Of a DNA stretch of 64,000 nt, positions 10,581 to 21,938 are shown one piece after another. The notes beneath the pieces were generated by a model, which had not been told where the DNA came from, did no database searches, and was given only the letters and a program-made list of their open reading frames with translations. Made by a program: the position numbers and the translations under genes. The first letter of the stretch is position 1. Every line of letters begins with the position of its first letter. The DNA is from Haliotis rufescens (taxonomy: Eukaryota), in the NCBI RefSeq assembly GCF_023055435.1, contig NW_025963835.1, positions 2,418,001 through 2,482,000 on the forward strand, given 5' to 3'.

Positions 10581-12429
10581 ATAAATGGAATTATACAAAC
10601 GGCTCCCCTTTTGGGGAACAATTAAAAAAACGCATTTGAGCCGTTACTAGTACCCGGATACCGTATACTGTATATAAATGTGTAGTTTGATATTAAAAAT
10701 ATGTGAGTGCTTTGTGCGTATGTGTGAGTATGTTCTGCGTATGTGTGATCATGGTCTGAGTATGTGTGTGTATGTACTGTGTATGTGTGAGTATGTTCTG
10801 TGTATGTGTGAGTGCTTTGTGCGTATATGTGAGTATGTTCTGCGTATGTGTGATCATGGTCTGCGTATCTGTGAGTGATTTTTGTGTCCATCAATGAAGT
10901 ATTCAACATGGTATGGTGTCAATGAATAAAATTGAAGTTCTTGGAGTGTTTATGAACGCCTAGAAATGTTCGTCATGAAACTATGAAACCAAACATGGTT
11001 TTGGCTGTTTGTTGTTTAATGCCGAACTATATGACTATGGTAGGTAAATAATCGAATCTTGACCAGACAAGTCAGAGACTGGCATCATGAGCATCGTTCT
11101 GCACAATTCTCAAGTCAGCGAGCCTGACCAAACGATCCCGATAGTCGCCTCTTACGACGAGCATGGGTTCCTGAAGACCAATTCCAACCGAGATCTTTAC
11201 GACTCCATCGCACTTGTAACAGAGTTTGATGTTGCAGGTGTCTTGATGTCCATCTTCGGAAGATTATAAAGGAATATATAATATCGGTTATATATGAAAA
11301 ATACATGGTTCATAGGACCACATTGTTCGGAGTAATGGAAGCCGAAATGGTTTAACGATTCAAATATACTCTTTGTCAATAAAATATCCGACAACAGCTG
11401 CAAACCAGACGCACCATTGGGTTGGAAACAAACGAGATTAATTTGATCTTGAAGTTTGCAGCTTTTACGTTTGGAATGTACGTTGTGGAAGTTCAGCATC
11501 TCAATATTGTTTTCTCAGTAAACTTCAGATGGTATTTGCTTTTTTATTTGAGTGAGTGAGTGAGTGAGTGAGTGAGTGAGTGGAGGAGTGGAGGGGTGAG
11601 TGAGTGAGTGGGTGAGTGAGTGGTCACCACGTTTCGTGACAAATGCCCAATGGCTCATATGAAATTTATCGTGTGAGATAGTGGCATACTAAGTTTAAAA
11701 CACAAATGTTTTGAAAGAATTGAACTTTGTTCTTTCATCAAACACGTAATGTTGTGAAGCTTAGATATAATGACCGGGACCGATCACATTGCTTCACATT
11801 AACTTATTTCAGGACACCCATCGAACAATAGCTATGGTTTTGGTAAAACCGGATCTATACTATTTCCAGTACTCTCTGGATTATTGTTTTCAATCAATAT
11901 GAGATGCATCGTATGTATGTAAGCTGTATGAACGTGATGATATATGCTATGCTTTTCTTTCTGCAACGTTTGTCCGCTAAAACATGAATCTAGAGCCAGC
12001 CATATATTTAATTTGAATGAACATAGTTTCTCAATTGTCTATTTCCCAAGTCTAATAACAAATTGTAGTTATGAACAGCCGCCTTTCTTATGCTTGACTT
12101 TTCAGGCGGTGAGGTCCAAGATTATTGCACTTATATAGCGACGTGCGTGCATTAGACCGGACTAATGCCGATATATAGCGCTAGCCCACTGACGTACCAT
12201 GCCGCAGTTAAACATGAATACCCCACTCAGACACAGTATACTGACAAGCGCCTGTATATACCAAAGCCTTTGATTCATTCATTGTTAATAGTATTTGCAA
12301 GTATAACACATACACACGGTTCTTAGTGAAGAGATTCATGACGCACCTTCTACAAGGAAGTAGATATACCAATGAAATTTTGTTTAGCTCGTAACTTCCA
12401 CATGGCCTGATCTGTCATATCGAAAGGTG

Positions 12430-12430
<1 letters not shown>

Positions 12431-12506
<76 letters not shown>
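12431..12506. repeat. (TA)n microsatellite, about 38 units
   Basis: Direct reading. The homologous tracts at about 29948 and 54871 have only about 7 units. Confidence 0.97.
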
Positions 12507-12509
<3 letters not shown>

Positions 12510-12621
12510 CTTTAACACCAGAAATGATAATGATGTGCTGTGATTATATTGCGACGAATCAAACGTAACCACGCTCAAACAGCCAAACGGCCACAAACGA
12601 AACTTGCGAAATCCGACGTTT

Positions 12622-12690
12622 TGACCTTGAACAAACTTCCCCCTTGTGGGCTATATAAGTAGTAGCTTCATCAGTCTTGGTATCACAACT
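12622..12690 (+). promoter_or_regulatory. Putative core promoter of VWDE-like copy 1: TGACCTTGA site plus TATATAA. Homologous TATA motifs at 30107-30113 and 55030-55036
   Basis: TATATAAG at 12652-12659 lies about 60 bp upstream of an in-frame ATG and a conserved AG|GTTTGT donor. TGACCTTGA at 12622-12630. All are present in the three copies. Confidence 0.55.
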
Positions 12691-12894
12691 CATGACCGAG
12701 TGACCAAGACTGTGATGGCAACCTTCAAGTGGCAAATAAGGTTTGTCATTATTGTATCCCATAAACATACGTGTAGGTTATCACGAGGCAATTTGATTGT
12801 ATGCTTGAATTGAGGGACTTCATGTAATTCCTTAGGTCTTTTTATGTACCCTTTTCAGATTTTCGTGTGTTTTTGTTCTAGTTATTTAAAGTTT

Positions 12895-13300
12895 ATTTTA
12901 AAAACATCGAAATATTTCTCGTGGATTCGATTATTTTCTCTTTGCTTCGATTATATTTTCGTAATTTCGATTATTTTATCGTAGTTTCGCTTATTTTCTT
13001 GTAATTTTAAGTTTATTTTAAAAACTCGAAATTTCGAGTTTTTTCTCGCACTTCGAATATTTTCTCGGTATCGTTTCAATTAATTCTCTCGAAAATTCGA
13101 GTATTATAAATAAACTTGACATAACAAGAAAATAATGGAAATAATATGAAACAACGAGAAAATAATCGAAATAACAAGAAAATATTCAAAGGAACGAGAA
13201 AAAACTCTTTATTTCTAAAATAAATAAAAATGAAACAACAAGAAAAAAATCGAAGTAATGAGAGAGTACTCGAAATTTCGAGATAAAATTGTAATAACGT
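12895..13300. mobile_element. Foldback-like inverted-repeat element in intron 1. Homologs at about 30345-30670 and 55195-55530
   Basis: Tandem subrepeats of about 20 bp (aatttcgattattttctcg) followed by their reverse complements (cgagaaaataatcgaa). Confidence 0.7.
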
Positions 13301-16300
13301 GAAATTGTGATTTAGAACAAAATACATTAAAGCTACATGTACAAAACTGGCACCATTGGGACTTCGTACATAATAGATCGCGGGCTCGGTTGTAGTTAAC
13401 CATGGTCATACTATAGTCCCCGTTGAACGTTAATCATGTTTAAAATATTTTTTTTCGACGAAATGTAATTTGATTTATCTTTCAACAGGACTCAACGAAA
13501 TATGATGGCATCGAATGTTATTCTCATGGTAACTGCCGTGTTGCATGTGGTGTATGGTCAAACTGGTAGGTAAACGTAATGCTTACATACAGGTTCAACA
13601 GTCTTAATTTCAAATAAGAGGTGGTGGTATACACGTTCAGATGAAACCTTATATTTTAGGAAATGACATGAGTGGTTTATTTTAAAAGTGACAATTAATA
13701 ATTGTTAAATATTAAATGATTCCCATCTGTACAAAGGTATCTTTGAGCATACTCTGTATCAGCCCCATTGGGAATCCAGGACCCACTTGCACAAAGCCAT
13801 CTTAGCGCTAAGATTATCTTAAGCTATGTTGAAGTACATGTACAGGGGATTCCAGGTAAGAAGGTTCCAGCAAATGAGCCAGTCAAATGAATCACGTGGT
13901 CAAACTTTGTGACTTGGTTAATTGCGTGTTTTATAGTCTAGACTCTATTATTTACAGTCTGTCGTCATATAGCGGCGTTAAACATCAAAGAAATAAAAAA
14001 AACCATGAAAAAATAAGATCCATGGATTCCCTACAATATAATGAGATAACTCGGTTATATGCGAACAGGGCCGTGTGTGGATTTCAAAGACATTCCTGAG
14101 GTCGTCAGGCGAAACCCGAACATCGCAACCCAGGTTGGAGGAGCCACAATAAATGACAGAACGCTCCCTGATGGGTGGTACGGCGCCGCTAACTATGCAC
14201 TTGAGGAGAGTGCCCCAGGGTTCCTCCGCTGCGGATCACTGTTCCCGATATGGCGACAAAGTAAGTTTCCTTTCACACACATTGCTTACTTTATAAAGAG
14301 ATTAGTATTCAAATATTTTTCATCCGGGGCGCTCTATAACTCAGCATTTATGTGAATGACAAAGCCCAATGGGTATTTATACTCTGCTCGTCGAAATATA
14401 GTCCAAACAAATTCGTAGAATCCCAAACTCAACTTATGGCGTCTAAAATTCTCAATTTCTTAGGTACTCTAAAGCAAGTAAATGTTGTTCAAATTTTACG
14501 GAAAGACACATTTTGTTTAAAACTCAGCTTTTCATTTGAGGTTTTACCATAAAAGCTCTGGTTAAGTCATTCCAGAAATTTCATAGGAGACATTCAGAGG
14601 AATATAATAATGTAACAGGTCGCTTGTCATCATGATGCGCGATGCTATCCCAAACGATGACATTTACATCGAGTTTTCACACCTCCTTTCTCACTTTTAT
14701 TCACCTTTTGATGACACGTATGTGGGAAGCGGGTCCTTCCCGAAGAGAAGATATTTACCTGGTGACACGATTGATTTCAGTGATCCATCCATGTAATTTC
14801 AACACTAATGTGCCTTTTTCGACGTATTTGATGTTCTTTAGTGCTAAAAGTTCCAAGGTTGGTTATGAGAATCTGATAGAAATTTTAAAACGTTTTACTT
14901 ATGTCTTATACCTCCGTCCTTTAGAGAAAAACATCCAGGTTCTGAAAAGTATACCTATAAGACAGCAATGTTTAATGCAAACGTAAGAATATTAGCCAAA
15001 GACAAAACAAATGATAGCCACTTCAATTAACAATTCAATATTTATTTAATCATAATGTAATAACTCTTTCCTAAAGGTATTTCTGGAACAACAGCAACCA
15101 TGTGTATTCAAGGTCCATCTAACACATGCTCGAATCCGTTTACGGTAAAAGTCGAAGACTGCAATGGCTACACAGTCTACAATCTGAAGGCATCGCCTAT
15201 TCATCAGAGCTCCTACTGTTTCCGTAAGCTTTTAGATGTCTTAGTTTCTCCCTTCAGCTTGTCATTAAAATGGAATGTAAAGAAGTGACAAATCTGAAAT
15301 AGGAATCTTCATTACTAAAGAAATCTTCACCATTGAGGAAAAGGTGGTCCAGTGACCTGTGCAGAGTTGTGCCCCTTTGTACTGCCAGGATTGGCTGATC
15401 GCCATGTTTAGTCTTGTTAAACGTTATGTTAAATCCATTTCAGTCATTTGATTCTTTCTAGTTCATAAAAAAAGATGCTACAGAGGTATCTTACAATTCT
15501 ACCATTCTCGAGCATCTACAGAACAATAATATATTCATGTTAATTATGTTTAAATCGTGAATAACTTTCACTAATTTCATTTTAACAGGTGAGATCACTC
15601 CCAGTGAGTATATATTTCATACACTTTGTTGTATTTTGTAGTATTTAATGTTTTGTTTCTTAACAATTGATAAATGACGACCCGCCTCCGTGCTGTAGTG
15701 AACATAGCGTCTGCTCGGAGAGCAGAAGGTCGGTGGTTCAATCCCTGGCTCCGTCACATCCAAATTCGTTGAAAGATTGTTCTTGTACTTACGCTGCCTG
15801 GTGTTCGGCATTAGGATGATATAGCAATAGCAAGGACTTTTCGAGCTCAGGCGCAGTATAATAGTCTGAATGGGATATCCTTGTAACTGAAAGAAAGAAA
15901 GAAAGATGGACAGACAGGCAGAGATGTACAAGCATGCCACATGAGTAAACTCCCTACACATCACTTCACCTAAAGGTAGCGTGTGGTTAACTAGCCACTT
16001 AATGACAACAGTCTGTCAATAACAGAATAGTAGACACAAAGTATATAAGGCGGTGTAAACTTGTCAAAAGGGAGTTCACCCATATATCAACAATTATTCA
16101 GTATTATGCAATAGTGATGTATTTCTGGATAGATTGCTTGACTTACTTGTTTTCATACCAGACTCGCCAACCTACAGTCCCAAGCCAACTGTCGTCCCTG
16201 ATACTACTGATACAAGTTTCGACAACAGTGACCTCCTTTTCCGCTGTTCTTTTCCCCCTTCGTCCAACCAAAGACTGTTCCACCAAACCACGTGGTATGT

Positions 16301-17875
16301 CAACGACGTCGTTGTACACCAGCACCCACCTATGCTAATGGACACTGCCTACTTTGACAACACAGGGATCACTCAAGCGAAGCTTAGCGCAGAGGGAATA
16401 ACACAAATCGGGTTCAATGTGAGTCACACGCAGCTTTTTATGACGTCTAAACACTTTGATAGTCGGTTATAATACGATTTCTTTGTCTGGAAACAGTAGA
16501 CACTATACAATAGTCACAATATGTACAATACTCGGTGTTATATAAAGCTGAACATTCACCAATCAGACTCAAAATAGACAACCATTCGTATAACAATATC
16601 TTCAGTCAAATCAAGTCAAATAAGATTACAATATTTGTAACTCAAATAGTAAGATTCAGTTTTATAAAAAAAAGGTGCTTTTGGAGTTAGGTGTGTGTTT
16701 TATATGTCGATGAATCTTAAGCGTGGGTCAATTACTGGCACAATATCATACTTACTTTACCTCTGTATTTTCATGCCAATGAAGTATTCTTTACATAACT
16801 AATGATTTCCATTTGTAGATAACATGTGAGGTTCGAGCTATGTACGGTGTCAGTATGCCTCCAGGTCCCACAGCTAGTTCCGATCCTTTTTATGTCGGAT
16901 TTGAGGTAAGATGACATAGTTCTTTTCGTATCTTATCCCATCTTATTTCATTGCAGAGAGTTTTACGTTTCATAACACCCTGTATTGGTATTTCAAATCA
17001 TTCCAATTTCGGGATATCAACACTATCATTAGAAATCTAATGACACCATGATGATTCAGAGGTATAGTTTAAGGTAGTATTACTTTTACTAATCTGGTCA
17101 GTTTCATGTGTTGTTAATGTATATACGCTGCTACGTTTGTCTTCCGCCTTGCTGTTGCTGGAATGTTGCTAAAAGCTGCGTAAGACCCCACTTACTGCTT
17201 TTATTTAATCAGTGCTAAAAGCTGAGGTAATAGAGGCCTAAACCTACATTCCTACTTAATGAACTAATAACGTCGAACCACCAGAGAATAACTAGAAATA
17301 TCTGCCGAAACAGAGTGAGTGAGTTAAAATGTAACTGATATCTAGGTTGTAAAAGGTAAAATAGTAATACACATTTTATGAATGCAGACTGAATATCAGT
17401 GATGACGCCACGTGGTTACATATTTTAAAACATTCGTTTTACACAGATCCTAACCAAAGAAATAACGATCAAGCAAGGTGAGACGGGACAGGTTCGAGTG
17501 CGAGCCACGGCGCCTTTCCGTTGCGGAAACCTGTCCGAGACGTTTTCATCTTTTTGTTCCATGCCAATAGAGATACCAACTGCTGACTCAACAAAAGGGT
17601 TTTCCCAGGAAGATTGCGCCATTTCCATACCTTATACACAGTGGAACCAACCTGTATCTGTTACTGTACATGGAACTATAACACCAGAATATGGCAGAGG
17701 ACGACTGGATTCTCTACTAGTTCTGAGGACCCCTGCAGCAAGCCTGCTATTTCCCTATTGGGCCAACCATACTATTGGAACAGTAAAGGTAAGATAGTTT
17801 TAGACACCAACCACAAAGAGTCGTAATCGTTAGATTACACTTTCAACATCTTCAGTTGAATCTATTATATAAATA

Positions 17876-18008
17876 GGGGCGGTGGGGTAGCCTAGTGGTT
17901 AAAGCGTTCGCTCGTCTATTGACATGGTTACGTGTGAGGCAGATCGATTGTGTCTTCCCTCGAGATTTTGCTGGATGATTGCTAAAAGTGGCGCAAAGTC
18001 ATACTCAT
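17876..18008 (+). mobile_element. SINE family A, internally deleted. Homologs at about 35086 and 59958
   Basis: ggggcggtggggtagcctagtggttaaagcgttcgctcgtc...ttgctaaaagtggcg..atactca. Confidence 0.8.
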
Positions 18009-21000
18009 GGTTATCTAAATCAGTTTCAAATGTCTTGTTGAGTAACTATGATTACCTTTCCTTTCAGGTTACAGTATTAAAAGATACAGCTCTGGTTAGA
18101 AGCAAATCATGCTCCTCCAATAACGACCCATATGTATGGCAATTTGATAGGATGTGAGTGCACAAGGTTATTCAGACTTCCAATCTCCAGTTGGAGAGTT
18201 CATTATTGGCTTTAAGATTTTGGAACATTTCAGATAAATTCAAGATATTTTATATGTCATGCCTATAGTTGTCACTACCTGGGCATAACACATATCTTAG
18301 CTGTTACTTGTTTATATGATTGTAGATTTGGTTCTTTAAAGACCCCCATGAAATACCACTACAATCGCTGGCTACAATATAAAATACAATACAGTATTCA
18401 CTTTCTGAAGGGTTTGCTTGTTTTTTGTTTAACGTCGCACTCAGCAATATTGCAGCTATATGACGGCGGTCTGTAAATAATCGAGTCTGGACCAGACAAT
18501 CCAATAATTGACATCATGAGCATCGATCTACGCAATTTGGGATACCATAACATGCATCAACGAAGTTAAGGAACCTGACCACCGATCCCGTTAGGCGCCC
18601 CTTACGACAAGCATATTCGCCTTTTACGGCAAGCATGGGATGCTGAAGACCTATTCTACCCGGATCTTCACAAGTCAAGTACAAACAGGGCCCCATTCCC
18701 ATAACGACCATCCCATTCTCAGAGGCTTTGTCGAACGGAACTCTTTTTATACAGTGTGATGCTGACAATATTCCTTTAAAGAGCTGTAAATAATTAAAAC
18801 ATATGTGTAAAAAATTTATCAATTTGATTGACAAAACGTAACGTGATAATTCATTGTATCTCACAAAACGTATGTTTGACCTTTTGCAGAAAGCTGACTC
18901 TACAGATGGAGGGACGTTTTACATTATATAAACTGGCTAGTCAATTAATAGAGGTAATAATATATATCTTCTTTTCTCTATATAGATATAAAAACGATCA
19001 TTTATTCTCCATGACTGCATGACATGTATGTGTTGAAGCAGAAGTATGGTCACTATATCCATTATGCACAGGGAGAATAATGATGATGTTTACTCCCCTG
19101 CTCCAGAAACCAATCAACCAATACAACTACCTACCGCACCCCCAACAGACTTGTTAACATGCGCACGGTATTGAGGGGATAGAACGGAGACTTCCGGGCC
19201 GGAGTCAGTATACCGTGACTGAGTTGGGTATCCATGTTAAACTGCGGCATGGTATCACAGTAGGCTAGCACTATGAAACCTGCTAGTCCTGACTAGTATA
19301 GACAGCCACACATACACGTAAATGCGTGTCGCTATTTGGGAAAACAATCCTGAACCCAAAACCAACCCTCAACAATCAATCTTATATCACTAACAATTTA
19401 AATATTGCCTGTATCATCAATATGGTAATGTGCATTTACAGATACAGATCGATGTACAGAAATGTACCAGGAGAACTGGATACTGTAATTGTGGAGTAGC
19501 TGTTCAATCCGGGAAGACGGTGTTCTCCATCAATAGCTGCGATACCAGGTCATGGAGAATACAGCATCACGGCTGTGACGACTCTGACAACGCCATGGAA
19601 ATAAAAAAGAGATACAGTATTTATGATGTGCGTATAAATATAGTTGCATGTGTAGATAAATCATCATTTATGAAACTACAAACTGATATCACGGAATGTT
19701 GATATAAGCCTTTTTCACAATTAGCTATCATAATATGTATCTTTAAAATGAACATTGGGGCATACGGGATTCCTTCTAATAAAAGTCATTCCTAATTCTA
19801 GATTTCTAATTGTTACGAATCCATCACATATGACAGGATATCGTAGTTCTGACATTTGAACGTCACCGTTTGTCAAGTACACTGATATGTTGTCATTGTA
19901 GATATATTTGCCCACGGGGGCACGAGTACAAGTCCATACCTTCTCCATTGGGAACGGAAAGAACGCCTTAAATGTTTATCTTCCTGGCACGATCCTTGAT
20001 ACGTTGGCAAGTCGTGGTTTGTGCGGCCAGCTTTCTAACACACGCAGTGACGACTTAATCATGAGAGATGAGACACGGAGTAGCAACAGAAATACGTTCT
20101 TCAATTCCTGGAGGTAAGGTTCCTTCAATGCATGTCATGTTTTAACAATGGAAATATCTGAACAAAACGCGTAGTGTCCAACGTTGTTATCTTTGTCGAA
20201 TATGCGCATTTGACACATATATGCTACCATTTTTCAGAGTAGGGACGCACGACCTGTTTAACACCGATTATGTGAGGACACTTACAACGTTGCAACAGTC
20301 CCCAAAGTACTGCTCCTGTGAAGGCGGCAGAAACGTCACATGTTCTCTTGCGACGATGACCACTGTGGTCAGGCCAAATCATTACAAGGACGTTCCCTGT
20401 GCCATACACGGCAACAGGAAGAAGCGAATGGTGCCGAACAGGAACATCGGCCACCGATACAAAAGGGTATTCATTATATTTTTGTTTGTTTTTTATTCTA
20501 AGTTGAGGATCCCCCCAAATGCATATTATAAATGTTCATTACTTTGTTCCCTGAAGACAATTCTGCAAACACACGCAAGTTTCTGCAAACAATTAATTGT
20601 GATTTAAATTATTTAAACGGTTTGATTCACAATTTTTGCTATATGATTCAAATATAATCTCCTTTTGTCATTCCAGCAAACTTCAACAGAAGTGTGGAAC
20701 AACCAGACAGCGGCTGAATTCTGCAACAACCTGTTCGCAGCGTCCACGACCGTCCAGCTGTGCAGCAACGTCCCAGGAGTCGACATCAACAGCAGCCGCG
20801 ACGACTGCATCAGTGACATTATGGTAAATTATAATACTTTATCGAAGGGCCAAACATATAACAGTCTTTGGCAATACTAATGATAATGATGATAATAATA
20901 ATATGTCTCGTTGTTTAGGTGACCTTAATAATTAAAATTCAGAGTATTTCTTTCCTTACGCTAATAATGTCTGTGATCAAGTTCTGAATATATGACAATA

Positions 21001-21452
21001 CCATAACATTATGTGCATGTTTATAATGTTTGCAGCTCTCTGGCACAACTGACTTTCAAATGATGTCTATCGGCTCAGTGCGTACTTCCTGTGAGACGGA
21101 AGTATTTCTCAACCCCGATCTTTGGGTAACTGACCCCAACAACCCAGGGGCCCCTACTGTGTTAGACACGATCACCAACAACGTCTGTCCCAACGACTGT
21201 AGCAACAGAGGCACCTGCAACAAAGGTATATCTCACCACGCGTAAACTCAAGGGAGTTTATTGTTGAAATCATTTAATTTTATACACTATTGATGCCGTT
21301 GCGATGTTGTTGTTGTTGTTGTTGTGGTTGCAGTAGATTCCGAGCCAAGAATTCACTGGATATTGGCGCAACTATAGGTCATTATGTAAAGCTATTTTAC
21401 GACAAACCTCTTACTTAATCTAATACCAGTGAATAAACATTAGACTAAATAA

Positions 21453-21938
21453 AGCTGAAAGGATCGTTGTTGACACAGGTACTATAGAAATGTACCCTTG
21501 CCAAAATCAAAATACAGAAACGTAACTGGTTCCCTTAACGGTAGACGAGTCCATATTCCCCAACCCGAAACCGACACTGGTTCATGTTGTAGATCCGGTT
21601 CGTCTGATTACGGGTGCATGCGTGCATCGCGGAACATTAGACTATCGTTCGAACGTCACTATATGATACGCTGGAATGCAGCTTAAGAATATAATCGAAA
21701 AGTTCGTCCTGACGAACGCCCACTTCCATGATGAATTTAACCGCTGTTTGGCATACAGGAAGTGACGAATATCTAATGAACCGGTTACGCGCATTGCACC
21801 CTGCGGCCCTGCGGCGGAATGGACTCACGCTAGGGCACGTTTCTGTACTTTGAATTTGGCTAGAGTACATTTCTGTATACAGAAACGTACCTCGGGTACA
21901 TTTGTGTTGTAAATGTGCCGAGAACGGCCCCTTCAGCC
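21453..21938. mobile_element. Long-TIR MITE in intron 15, possibly Kolobok-like. Homologs at 38571-39048 and 63582 to beyond 64000
   Basis: Termini gctgaaggggtcgttgtcgacaca (copy 2) and tgtgccgagaacggccccttcagcc. Inverted arms exceed 100 bp and carry gtacgtttctgtatacagaaa subrepeats. The right end abuts TTAA. Confidence 0.75.

Noticed and set aside
9720-10909. Cys/Met-rich ORFs resembling metallothionein or keratin-associated proteins
   Set aside because: They are minisatellite translations, open in several frames on both strands.
12559-12768. 69-aa minus-strand ORF open in all three copies
   Set aside because: It is antisense to the promoter and exon 1. Recent duplication explains the conservation, and it has no recognisable motif.
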